This document shows positions 45,968 to 57,952 of a DNA stretch of 64,000 bases, one piece after another. Position 1 is the stretch's first letter. Each line of letters starts with the position of its first letter. The DNA is from Diplonema japonicum (Eukaryota; Protista; Euglenozoa: Diplonemea), in NCBI GenBank assembly GCA_964019335.1, contig OZ025663.1, positions 124,001 through 188,000 on the forward strand. The letters run 5' to 3'. The notes beneath the pieces are model-generated. The model worked only from the letters and a program-made list of their open reading frames with translations, was not told the DNA's origin and made no database searches. The position numbers and the translations under genes are program-made.

Positions 45968-47328
45968 AAAAACCTTTTTGAAACAAAAGAAAAGAAAAAA
46001 AAAAGTGTAAGAGACACCTCACTTTATTTTCTTTTGAAGGTTTTTTTTCTTCTTCTTTTTTTTTTTTTTTTTTTTTTATTCCCGCTCCCTTTTTTTTTCC
46101 CCCTCCTTTTCTTTTCTCCTTTGTTTTCCTTTCCTTCCTCTTTTCTTGTTTTTCTTTTTTTTTTTCTCTTTTTTTTTTGGTGGGTAGCTAATACGCCCCC
46201 TCCCCCTGGGAATGTTTCTTGCATGCTTGGGGGGGTTTTTCTTTTCTCTCTCTTCCCTTTTTTGTCTTTTTTTTCTTTCTCTTTGTTTTTCTCTCCCTTC
46301 CACACCCCATGTTTTCTCATTCTTGTCTTATTTAAAGAGTTGAAAGGGAAAAAAAAAAAAAGTTTACTTTCTTCCTCCCTGTCTATTTACCATTCTCGAT
46401 GGAACAAAAAAAAAAAAAAGAAAAAAAAAAAAAAAAAAAACTGGGTGCCCAATTATTATGGATGTAAAAAAATTTTCTTCTTGGGGCAGGCAAATTTATA
46501 GCCCCTTGGTGTTCTGAAGTTTATTACACCATACCGGTTGGCCCCCTTCCCCCCTTTACAAAATATTTTAATACCCATGTTCAGTTCCCGACAACATGGA
46601 ATACACCACCCCCCTCAATTTATTTTCTTTTTTTTTTCTTTTTTTTTCCCCCCACTTCTCCCTAACTTTTATCCCGTTCCCTTCCCCCCTGGACCTGTCT
46701 GCGCTCTGGCGTTTAGACATTCCTCAAGTGACTTTATTTCCAATTGACGCTTCTCTCGCTCACTTTTCTTTTTCCTTCTTTTCTTGGCCTCCCTTTTTCT
46801 TTTTGGTGTTTTTTTTTTTTTTTTTTTTTTTTTTCATTTCTTCTTTAGCTCTAATCCTTCTATTGCTTTCACTTTGTTATTATTGCTAATACCCTCTTAC
46901 AATTGGCTGATAATCAAGGAGAAGGTCATTGGACTGCGGGAAAAAGGAAAAAAAAAAAAAAAATAAAGATGAAATGAAATACATAAATAAAAGGGAGGTG
47001 GCTTTGTGTTTTAAGAAAAGATGGAAAAAAAAAAGAATTGAAAAACAAAAAGAAGAAAAGAGAGCGTTTGATAGGGAATAAATAGAAGGTTTATTTCGAA
47101 GGAGGGGGAGAGGGATACAAAAAAAAGGGGGGGGAGAGGAAAAACAAAAATAAAAGAGCAAAAAAAAAAATGAAAGGAAATGTACTGAGAAGGGGGGGGG
47201 AGGTATTACAGCAAAACTCCCTCCCCCCTTTTTTTTTCCCTTCATTTTCTTTTTTTATTTCTTTTTTTCTTCTTCTTCTTCTTTCCCCTGTGCGCAATGT
47301 AGCATGAAACAACAACAAAAAAACCCCT

Positions 47329-47362
<34 letters not shown>

Positions 47363-47815
47363 TTGAATACCTTCTTTTTCTCTCTCCAGAGGGGCAGGGG
47401 TGATTAATTAGTTTCTTTTTTTTATTGTATTAAAAGAGACTTTAATGCTCATAGGTGCAATTTGACTACACCTCCTCTCTTTTTTTTTTTTTCCCCCGCC
47501 GGGAAAAAAAAAAGAATCCTAGTCTGACTACTTTTTTTTTTTTTACCCCCTTTTTTTATGTGAAATTTTTTCTCTTTGAAACCAGTTTTACCAAACAATG
47601 AAATCTGGTTGCGTTGAAAGAATCTCTGTGCTGTGTCTTCCCCCCCCCCCCCCCCCCCACCCCCTCTCCCCTTCTTTTTATGATGACGAACTTTAAAAGT
47701 TATCAAATAAAAGAAGAAAAAAAAAACTTGGGTGATAGTGTGTTTGCATCTTGTTATTTAAATATTAGGTAAATAATTTGCTACATGTTTCTGCACTTCA
47801 AAGAATAACCTTTAC

Positions 47816-47849
<34 letters not shown>

Positions 47850-48974
47850 GCTTATTTTTTTCTTTTTCTTTCTCTCCTCCCTAAAAAACTGTACTCTCAC
47901 TGAAGGGGACTTGGCGGGGAGGAGGGAAAAAAAAAGAGAAAAGGAGAACAAAAAAAAAGAAGAAGAAGAAACTGAATAAAATCAAAAAAAAAGGAGGGCT
48001 AGCTCTTTCACTGCAAAGATGTGGTCTTTCAAAAAAAAAAAAAAGAAAGAAAGATGCTAATGATAACAATACGAAAGTTTATCTTTCTCCCCCCCCCCCC
48101 CTTCTTTTACTTATATTTTCTGTCCCCCCCTTTTTTTGAACGTGCCTTTTATGACTTTCTTTTTGAAAGAGAAGAAAAGATGGTTTTATTTACCCCAAAC
48201 TGCTTTCTCTTGAAATCACTCTATTTTCTTCTCCGAGAAGTGATCTCAGTTATTTCAGCCAGCGGGGCGGGTTACAGCCGGGTGAAGACGCCTGAAAAGC
48301 CGCTGTAACCAAAAGCCGAAAGTTGGCCTCAAGTAGACATACACCCTAAAGCAATAAGTGTTCACCCTGATTTCCTTCGAAAGCGGCTTGTTAGTAAATA
48401 AAAAAAAAAAAAATGTGTTTAGAAAATCAGCACCAGATTTCACTTGGGGTCACCTTTTTTTTAACTCGTTCGTGAAATCGGGTAATCTGATTTTTCATAA
48501 ATTGATAGTTTTTTTTTTTTTTTTTTTTTCTTGGCTTCTTTCACTGCAAAGAAGCTGAGAAGAGAGAAAAAAAATTTTTAAGAAAAAGAGAGGCCATCAC
48601 CACCACCCCCCCCCCCCCCCCCCCTCCCCCTAGTTATTATACCGTATACCCAACCACAGGCAAAGGCAAGCGGTCAGCCTAAAAAGGGCAGCGCTTGCCT
48701 TGGTTAGTTTTTTTTTTTTGTTTTACCGTCTCTCTCTCCCCGCTTCGCCCCAGGTGGGGCGGAAAAAAAAAAGATTGAGAGAGAAAATATATATCGAAAG
48801 GAAAGAGAGTGGGGGGGAAAAAAACCAACGGGGGGCCTAAAAGAATCTTTTTTTAGCATTGCCCGCAAACCACAAACCCCCTCCTACGCCCCCCCCCCCC
48901 CCCCCCCCCACCATTCCTTTCCCCCCTTCCACAGACCCGCCCTTTCCAACCTCCCCCCCCCCTTACCACGTTTC

Positions 48975-51900
48975 ATGACACCGCAACAGGGAGGGGGGGT
49001 AGGAGAGCAAGCACGGGCTCCCTCAATGCAGTGTGTGTGGGTGGTGCAAGGTGAAGATGTGTTGAGATACCAGGAAGGCACTCCCTTGGAGGCGATTCAA
49101 GGAGACGTCGGCCGGGATCGTGCTATTGTGGAAGTAGGTACTGGGTTTCACGTGAATGGCAAAGCAGAGAAAGGCATCTACAAGGTAGTAACAGGTGATG
49201 AAGGTGACATGTGCCGCATTTGTCGGGGTGACGAGACGACAGGCTCCCTCGTGAGGCCTTGTGCCTGCAGTGGTAGTATTGCCTTCACGCACAGGAAGTG
49301 CACCGTCGCCTGGGCTCTCCGGCAGGGAAAGGTCGACTGCGAGCTGTGCAGAAAAACCTTCGCCCTCCGCAAAATGTACTCCACCACAGCCCCCTCCTTG
49401 TCCGGCCTTCGTGCCCCACACGTCTTCTGGAACCTCCTCAGAGCGTCCCTCGCACGCATATCTAGCACAGCTGCCGTCTATTTCTACTACGCCCTCTCTT
49501 GTGGCATTCTTCTCCCTTACGTCGTTTATTTAATGTGGCGTCTTTCTCTCACCGACCTCATCACCTCAACCTCGCACCTCGCACTCCCTACCACGCCCCT
49601 TGAGGCCCTCTTTCAGGTACTTGAAGGTGGTCTTGTACTCCCGATTGCAGCCCTGTTGGTGTGCTGCAAGGTCGCTTGGGACTCTTGGCTCAACGACAAC
49701 TGGGTGTCCGTCACTGCGATCAAAGCTCTAAAGGAGAACCTGCTCGAGGCGGAGGAGCGTCTCCATGTCATGAACCTGCAAGTAGCCACCGACAAGAGTC
49801 TTTCGTGTGATGCCACTGTCAGCGCTGCCCTTTCACTCGTTGCTGCTGCATACCCTCATGACCGGAGGAGCGTCACAGGCATTGTGCGTGACAAACAAGT
49901 AGTGGCCGCTGTGCTGCACCACATTGGGCAGGACGACATGGTTGAGACCCTGTGCAACGTGGCACAGGTGAAGGTCCTCGAGGACGATGGCGATATTGCG
50001 ACAATCCAAGTAGATGACCAGACCCTCAAGGTGCCCTGCGTGCTGCTGAGCGACGTCGTTGAGGTGGAGCTGACACCTGACCAACACAGCATCGACAAGC
50101 TGCCCTTGGAACTGGTCAGAGTCGATGAAGGGTCTGCCGTCACTTCCGAGACCATTGAAGCTGTCGCCCAGGTGCTGCAAGACAAGCAGCAGCGTGGCGA
50201 GGTAGTGATTGAGCCTGATGGGACAGTCAAGCAGCATGTGTCACAGACAGGTGATGAGGTGTCGGAGGCTGTGGCTTTCTTCAACACACACTTGCATCCG
50301 GTGCCCCTTGCCATGCATCTCTTTTACATAGTATTTCTACCTCTCAATGCTGGAAGGCTCATTGAGCTCGCGCTCTTTGAGGGCCACAAGCAAGGTACCC
50401 CTTTGCTGCCGTCCCCGTGGTGGCAGGTCAACAGGCTGTCATCCTTCTGGGTGTTCCTTTTGGGGTATGTTGCGGTTCATTTGGTTGCCGTGCAGGTGTT
50501 AGCTGTGGTGGGGCTTGGCTTTAGCGACGTGATAGCTGACAAAACCTTCTTCCCTATGAGGGTGCGCCACTGTGCCGCGGCTGTCTCTGTGTGCCTGCGC
50601 AGCATGCTGTTCTACTCGAAGTCCAAGCTGCTCGTCTGGTGGGTTGCGCTGCAGGCCTTTGTCGACGTTGTCGCGCTGCCCATCGTTTCGGGCTTCATCC
50701 TTGTGGTCCTTACGAACCAGCAGCTTGTACTAGGGGCCTCCACTTCAGTAACCATTCCCATCCACCCTCCAGAGACCTTCACCTCTCCGAACACATCGCT
50801 GCCTTCTGAGGTCTTTGGCCTTCCTGGCTCGGATGTACTCAACGTCCACAGCGAGGCGGTGCTCCCATCAGCGTTGCAGGAGATGCCTGAGTGGGCACAG
50901 GTTGTGGAGGAGTTTGTGCACGAGCTGTGTTTACTTCGAAGCGCAGACATGGATCTGAACTGGTTCTCCGTGTGGGCGTTCGGGGGTGGCTTCTTGTGGT
51001 TCACAGGGCTCGACGTGCTGGTTCTTGCCTCCTCTGTGCGGAGCAGGGCATTGGAGCAGATATTTTGGTTTTTGCCTGTGGCAGCATGGGCCGATAATCC
51101 CATCAAATGGGCCGTCAATACGACAGCTCTGAAGCAAATCCTCTTCTGGTTCGTGTCTGTCGGCGTGGTGTGGGCGTATGCTGTGGCGGTCATACGAACG
51201 CCCCTTAAGGTGGCTAGTGCCGTCTGCCCGTGGATGTTCCCCCTCAGGCTTGTACACCTTGACCCAGCACGGTTTGCCGCAGATCTGTTCTTTCTGAACA
51301 TCTGCCTCATTGCGTCGGACAAGGTGAAGCTCGCAACGGTGTTCACCAACGGGGTGACGAAGGTCCTCACTAGCTTGGTGGACCATCTCCTCTTGCGTTC
51401 CTTCATCTTCGGCAACACGGACGACGTGCCCCCACAGCCATACAACACTTACGTCGTGCAGGATGGTGTCATCGTGTACCTCCCACCGCAGCTTCATCTG
51501 CGCACCTTCACATTAATCGTCAGCACGTGGATAACAAAGACAGCTGCCGCCGTCGTGCTTATCAGTGTTCCCCTCATCCTTGGGTCAGTGTCACTGTATG
51601 TTAAGTCCGACGCCTGCGCGCTTGACTGTCTACTAGTCGGTGCTTGCATCGCTGCCTTCATCCCCTACATGCTGTGGCACCTCTACGAGGTGATGAACAA
51701 GGAGGCACCAGACGATGTGCTCGACGCCTTCAAAGTCCTCCTCCTCCTCAGACGGCCACTGCCTCGACAGGAGCGCTTCCCTGAACCACCGCAGCAGCCG
51801 GAGCAAGCCCAGATAGCACCTCCTGAAGATGAGCAACCTGAGATCCAAGCAGCAGAGACGGAGCAGTTGGGGAATAACCGTGATGAAACCGAGGAAGGAA

Positions 51901-53391
51901 AAGATACACTAACAAGTGACAAGGCAACTGAGAGTGTTGGGAGCAATGACAACGGCGCGGTACTGACAGAAAAAGAAATGAAAAATGAAGAGTCCGAGGG
52001 GTGCAAAGAAGTTGAAAAAGAAAATAAAACGGACAGTGTTTCGGAAGAAAAAGAAATCAGCATGAAAGAGGAAGTTATTCCTTCTGGGGATGTTATTCCT
52101 GCTGGGGAAATTGTTCCTGCTGTTGCTGATGAGTATGAGCCTCCTGTATCGGCGGTGAGCACGCCGGCAACCACCCCATCGACGCTTGCGCTGACGCCTC
52201 CTACTGCAGCGCTGCTGCGGAGCCCGTCGGTTGCCAGCAGTCATGTGTCCACAGCATCGGCAAAAACAACACCGCAGACGACTCCCAAAGACGCTGCCTT
52301 GGGTGGGAGGAAGCCATCTGCGGTGTCCAGTACCAGCAGCAAGACTAAAGGGAGTCCTCTCCCGTTGAAGAAGATGGTGTCATCGTCGTCATCCACTTCT
52401 TCGAGCAGCTCTGTCGGCATGCCACCTGTGCAGCTGAAGAAGGGAGACGAAGTGATCGCGTTGAAAAAGATTGAATTCGCAAGCGGGAAATACATTTCCC
52501 CCGGTGCGAAGGGTCTCGTGCGAAAGGTGCCTGGATCCCAACCGGGAACCGTGGCAACAGTAAAGATGTGCGGGATCCTCTTCAGCGCCACGAAGGAGGA
52601 GGTGAAGTTGGCGCAGCCTGTGAACCAGGACTACCTGAAGGACGTGCCGCCCGACGTGAAGGTTGCAGATTTAAAAATTCTACCGCCAAATATATTCGCG
52701 TTGGTGAAACAGGCAACGGAACAGGAAAAGGACGAACCACTGGTAAAGGGAGAGGGGAGTGTAAGCAAGGCCATCGCTGGGCTGATCTTCCTGCTGTTCA
52801 AAGCGGAGATATTCGAAATCACCCGCGACAGGAACGGTATCGTCAGAGAGCTGAAGCTGGCAGGACGCAGCGAGGGCACAGAGCTGACGCAGTACGAACG
52901 GGAGATCTTGATTCTCCTGAAACTCATCCTTGGAAAGTTCACGGGCCTCATCAACGAGGAAGAGACTTCAGAGAGGAACTCCTTGGACCTGTACTGCCAT
53001 GTCCTGACGCAGGTGGTGAAGCTACAAGAAGCACAGAGAAAGGCGGATGAGAACAAAAGGAAATGGGCAACATTAACATATGTCCAGAAGGTGTGCATGC
53101 TGGTTTGCAATGTGATATCGGCTGTATACCCCTCTGTGGTGCTTCTGGTGCATTGGGTGGTTCTTATCTTTGTGTTCGGGATGCTGCTGCCGCTCATGAC
53201 GGGGGTGCTCATGGAACATGCGTCGACGTCTGTCAAGGCGGACCAGTGTCCAAAGGTGCAGTTGTTCCCCACGTACGTCGTGGGCTTGGTTTACTTCGAA
53301 CTGTGGATTCGGGCCACAATCACAAACCCGAACTTTTTTTCATACCCGTGGAAGAAACATTGGGTCAAGGTATGGTTTTTTTTTTTTCCAG

Positions 53392-53429
<38 letters not shown>

Positions 53430-53852
53430 AGCTACGTGAAGATGGCATGCGCGGTGCTGATGCCTATGAGGCTGTGCGATACCTTGGCGTCCCCTCCTTT
53501 ACTTTCTTAGCCACCATGCTTGGTGTGCCCTATACTATACATAATATTGTGCTGCCTGTATTGGGTATGTGGAGGATGGAGAGGGACTAAATAAAAAACA
53601 AATTACAGCTGTCGACCATGAATGGGCGTCACACTTGCACCACCATCGTGCCGTGCATGCGATTAGCCTGGCTTTTGTTGTTGGGTGCAAGGCTGGCAAG
53701 CTCTTTATCAGTACTTTCAGACCAATGCTTGGAGACCTTTGCCAAGCCACATATGATGAAAGGTATGAACAGGACGAATAGTTACATATTCTTCATCTTT
53801 TCTATTTTACAGGTATTTGATGGGTCTTTGGCTTGAAGAGTTCACGTCGTAA
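48975..53852 (+). CDS. MARCH6/Doa10-like RING-CH membrane E3 ligase; introns 53370-53431, 53565-53608, 53763-53812
   Basis: CRICRG..LVRPCACSGSIAFTHRKC..W..CELC (RINGv) and many transmembrane segments. The spliced C-terminus YDERYLMGLWL matches the Doa10/MARCH6 terminal element. The start could be 49026. Confidence 0.85.
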
Positions 53853-54806
53853 CCGTGGTTGGTTTTTCTTCATTTCTTTTTTTTTTTTTTAAAAAAAAAA
53901 CTTACTTTGCAACGACAAATTAAAATGAAAAGAAAGGGTTTGGGTTGTGTGTGTGAAGGAGGGGAGAGGGGGGGGGGGGGGGGGGTGGTTAATATAAGGT
54001 ATAATCTTTTTTTTTCTTTCTAAATTTAAATAAAGCACAAAATAATGAATCTTTGGTGCTCCCTTTGGTTCCGCTGGATATCCCCTCCCCCCCCCCATTT
54101 TTCTTTTCGTTTTTTCTTTTTTTTTGGTTTTTTATTAAGGCTCGAAATACCCGCACATTGCCCTACAGAGGGGATTTTTTTTTTTTTTTTTCCCTCTTCG
54201 GTAACAGACTGTTGGGGCTTTGTGGGTTGAGTAAGTAATAGGTAACCGATGCTCTCGCGTGAGAGGGGTGGTGCTGACACTAACGGCATAACTGGCAAAA
54301 AAAAAAAAGAAAAAAGAGAAGAGAAAAAAAGTGGAGGGGAAAAGGCGTTATTAAGGCTGCCTTGTTGTAAATGTACCTTTCCTAAGACGGTTCAGGCCAC
54401 ACCCCCCCCCTTTTTTTTCTTTCCCACATTAACTTTCTTTGCTTTTTTTCTTCTTTCCGTGGCCCTGTTCCCCTCAATGTCCGTCACTTCCCCCCCCTCT
54501 CTCGTGCCATTTAACACGTGGAGGAAAAAAAAGAAAAAAAAAACACAAAAAAAAAAAGAAAAAAAGAAAAAAAAAAAAAAAAAAACAACCATTCCTCCAC
54601 AGACTATTCTTATTATTATTATTTTTTTTTTCTTCTTCTTTTTGGTGTCTCGTTGCTGTCGATGCTTTTCCTTATGCAGTGATATCCCCCATCCACCAAC
54701 ATTTGAGAAACGGTTTTTTCTTTTTTTCTTTTTTTTTTTTTTTTTTTTTTTGTCTAAAAAAGCAAACACCAAAAAAAAAAGGAGGGAAAGGGGTAAGAAA
54801 AACAAA

Positions 54807-57791
54807 ATGGACGCCAATGAACCCAATCAAGAAGTCCCCGATGGTGCTGCAGCTGAGGAAGAGGAGGAAGAGGTTTTCGTAAATAAAATGCACGTTGAAG
54901 TAGTAAAGGTTAAAAACATCCCGAGCCAGTGGCTGCACCCCGATTCAGGCGAACCGCCGCATTACGCAGACAGCATCTTCGAGTTCGAGTTCCAGCTGGA
55001 GCTTGAAGGGAAGGAGGGTTCCACTATCTTACAATGCACACTGCCGAAAGGAAGGGTCTGCACCATGACAGAGGATATTGAAAAACAATTAGAGAGCAAC
55101 ACCGGACAGGAACCAGAAGCTGAACCCTCGGAGATCCCAGGGCCCAGTCAAGTCACAACAAGGGTAAGCAAAGGTAGCATTGTGAAACCAAGCGCCGCAT
55201 CCGAAAGTTTCCGGCAACAGCAAACGACAGTAGGAACGCAGTCTGACAAAGCTACCGAGCAGAGCACTGTTCAAGAACGTGACAACAGCGCAACGCCATC
55301 GAAGTCTTCTGTCCCTACGACCACTGTGGGGAATAAAAGCCAGCCTGACGAACCCCCTGCCACTTGCGTTGCTTGGTGCTCTCTTCCCAACGAGGCAATG
55401 AGCTCAGACGAGGCACCGCCCACACCCAGCAACCTCCACATCACCACAGTAAACCTCACCTCCGAACAGCAAGCCTCCCTCCAAAGCGCTGTAGAAGGCT
55501 CCGGTTCCTTTCAGTACACATTCCGCCGTCTCATCAAACCCTCCAAAGCAACACCAGAGTGGGAGGACGTCAACGAGGCTCGGTACAAAGCCACCTCTCA
55601 TGTCAACCTTGCGTGTTTCGGCGAGCCTGGGACGACAACCATCACATTCACAGACACCCCGCTCGTCCCCATTCCAGTTGAGGAGGACAAGACAGATGAC
55701 AAGAAAGGGAAAAAAGCTGCCCCGAAGAAACCCGCGAAAGGGACTCAAATACCCGCCTTCCTCCTCACGGAGGACGAGTGGGACATTCACCCTTACGAAG
55801 CAAACGGGGCTGCCATCACCTTCAAGATCACCTTCGACACGGCACTCGTGTGCCTCCCAGGCGAACGTCCCCGACCAGACATCCTGCCATCCGACATTAT
55901 CCCGCAAAGGGTGAAGCCCACAAAGCATGTTCCTAACGCTCCTAAGCTGTACTCAGCAGAGGTAAAGGAGATCATCTACGCCATTGTTGCGGACTACCGC
56001 AAGTACAGCGACTCTGTTCCGAAAGTACAGACAGTCGAGGAGGGTAGAAAGGCGTTCTTGCACTACTTGGGCAGCTCAGGACGGTCGTTTGCTTACAAAC
56101 AAAAATTGAAGCACTGCGTGGTCCGCATTGTGAAGGAGAAGTTCGCTAAGAAGCCTGGTGTCACTAAGTATGTAATTCACGCTGAACCACCCCACACCAC
56201 ACCACACCACAGGCTCGAGATGGAGAAATTCTACAATGAGCTGTACGTGTATCTCTTAGATCAGATGCACTTCAGCATGAACGCCACGTTGGCACGCACA
56301 GAGCTGGATGCCCCTCCGTATGCTCCCGAGGAGGGCACTGACAAGTGGCTGCGGTTGGCACTCGAGGCAGAGGTGGTGCAAGAGTACGAAATGGCTGAGA
56401 GATACCACCAGGAGCGCCTGGTTCATGGCCCTGTCGCAGACGAGACTGAAGAGGTCCCCTTGGCATGGATCGACTATGCCAAATTCTGCCTTAGGGTGCG
56501 CGACACTGTGAAGGCAGAGCAAGCCTTCAAAGAAGCCATCTCCATCGACATCAGCCACGTGCCGTCTCTACTGGGCTACGGGCTTCTCCTCCTCTCTACG
56601 GACAGGCCTAAGGAAGCTGAGGTCTTCTTCCAAGCAGCTGTGGACTCTGCTCTCACCTCGCCTCTCCCATGGGCATGCCTTTGTTTGTACTTTGAAAAAA
56701 TGGCTCTATCGACTGGTGAAACGCCTGAAATTGCGAACAACCACAAGAAGTGGGCTAAGTACAGCAGAGTGCAAGCAGTCAGGGCACTGGCAGGGGCAGC
56801 CGTCACGCGTGCCGAGGAAGAACCCGACGTCGAGGCGGAAGCACCACCTCTGACGGAGTCCTTAGACATGATGCTCGCGAGGTACACGTTGGAACTGCAT
56901 TTCGAGAAGCTGACTGCGCACTGCTTAGAAAGCGAGAAGCAGGCCCGTGGGGGCACCACGGAGCTCCAGCATCTAGATGCCATGATACAGCACCAGACGA
57001 AGGGGTACGAGGAGGCAAGGAGAATCCTGCGCGAGATCCTCGAAAAGGACCCCAACAACCACAAAGCACTGACGCTGCTGGGCGACGTGTACGCAGACAT
57101 GGGCGGCGTGGAGGTGGCGGAAGTAGGGAGGGACGGGGTAGAGAGAGTCTGCCTTGCTGCAGTACTGGGTGAGGAGGCGTATGATAAGGCACTGCGGTTG
57201 GACGAGAGCAAAATGGAAGGGACAGTGCTGATAAGGTTGGGAAACATCTACTGCAGCCTGGGGAGGTATCAGGAGGCATGCGATGCCTTCATGCTGGGAG
57301 CGAAGACGTGGCCCTGTGGCACCACCTGGATGGGGGTTGGAGTTGCGTACTACCGCCTGGGCAACTTCGCAGATGCCGAGCAGGCATTCAACGAGTCAAA
57401 CCTGCTGAACAACCTGAACCCAAAGACATGGGCATACATAGCCTTGACATGCTTGAAGCAATGCCCTGGTCGGGAGGAGGAGGCAGACCAAGCCTTCCAC
57501 CAAGGCCTCCAGCTTGGGCTTGCCGACCACGCTATTCTGATGGAAATAGGTGTTGAACACTTAAGACTGTCGCGGCTAAAGTTAGCACAGGCGGCATTGC
57601 TGAAGGCAAAGGCTGCAAGAGCAACACCCACTGTGCACCTCCTTCTGGGTCTCACCTACGTGCAGCTGCGAAAACCCGACGAAGCCAAAGAAGAGTTTAT
57701 CATCGCACGCGACACAGCGACAGAAGAAGGCGAGAGGGCAAAGGCCATCGAGGAGCTCGGCGTCCTCGCCACACTGGACGCCACTGCGTGA
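54807..57791 (+). CDS. CFAP70: Cilia- and flagella-associated protein 70 (TPR protein); probable in-frame intron 56168-56212, possible 57123-57173
   Basis: YKQKLKHCVVRIVKEKF..FYNELYVYLLDQMH..LALEAE..AERYHQERL..WIDYAKFCL, followed by C-terminal TPRs. Confidence 0.85.
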   Translation: MDANEPNQEVPDGAAAEEEEEEVFVNKMHVEVVKVKNIPSQWLHPDSGEPPHYADSIFEFEFQLELEGKEGSTILQCTLPKGRVCTMTEDIEKQLESNTGQEPEAEPSEIPGPSQVTTRVSKGSIVKPSAASESFRQQQTTVGTQSDKATEQSTVQERDNSATPSKSSVPTTTVGNKSQPDEPPATCVAWCSLPNEAMSSDEAPPTPSNLHITTVNLTSEQQASLQSAVEGSGSFQYTFRRLIKPSKATPEWEDVNEARYKATSHVNLACFGEPGTTTITFTDTPLVPIPVEEDKTDDKKGKKAAPKKPAKGTQIPAFLLTEDEWDIHPYEANGAAITFKITFDTALVCLPGERPRPDILPSDIIPQRVKPTKHVPNAPKLYSAEVKEIIYAIVADYRKYSDSVPKVQTVEEGRKAFLHYLGSSGRSFAYKQKLKHCVVRIVKEKFAKKPGVTKYVIHAEPPHTTPHHRLEMEKFYNELYVYLLDQMHFSMNATLARTELDAPPYAPEEGTDKWLRLALEAEVVQEYEMAERYHQERLVHGPVADETEEVPLAWIDYAKFCLRVRDTVKAEQAFKEAISIDISHVPSLLGYGLLLLSTDRPKEAEVFFQAAVDSALTSPLPWACLCLYFEKMALSTGETPEIANNHKKWAKYSRVQAVRALAGAAVTRAEEEPDVEAEAPPLTESLDMMLARYTLELHFEKLTAHCLESEKQARGGTTELQHLDAMIQHQTKGYEEARRILREILEKDPNNHKALTLLGDVYADMGGVEVAEVGRDGVERVCLAAVLGEEAYDKALRLDESKMEGTVLIRLGNIYCSLGRYQEACDAFMLGAKTWPCGTTWMGVGVAYYRLGNFADAEQAFNESNLLNNLNPKTWAYIALTCLKQCPGREEEADQAFHQGLQLGLADHAILMEIGVEHLRLSRLKLAQAALLKAKAARATPTVHLLLGLTYVQLRKPDEAKEEFIIARDTATEEGERAKAIEELGVLATLDATA

Positions 57792-57952
57792 AAACGCAGA
57801 ACAGTCCCTTTTCATTTGTACATACAGTGTTCACCTTTATTCTTATTTATTTGTTATTATTCCTGGACTATATATATAAAAAAAAGCCCTTCAACAAAGG
57901 TGGCAGAGGGAGGGGAGGATCGTAGGTTGAAACAAGCGGAAAAGGGGGAGCC

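Noticed and set aside
47680-47760. Box C (ATGATGA) snoRNA candidate; likewise ATGACGA at ~4065
   Set aside because: There is no suitably spaced CTGA box D or terminal stem.
48537-48552. Iron-responsive element (CAGTG on the minus strand)
   Set aside because: It is on the wrong strand for the mRNAs, and the loop register and C-bulge geometry do not match.
45835-48900. Poly-K/F/P/G ORFs in spacers (also the N-terminal extensions of ORFs at 2131, 4164, 19947, 24886 and 54249)
   Set aside because: They are translations of homopolymer tracts. True starts lie downstream or in separate exons.
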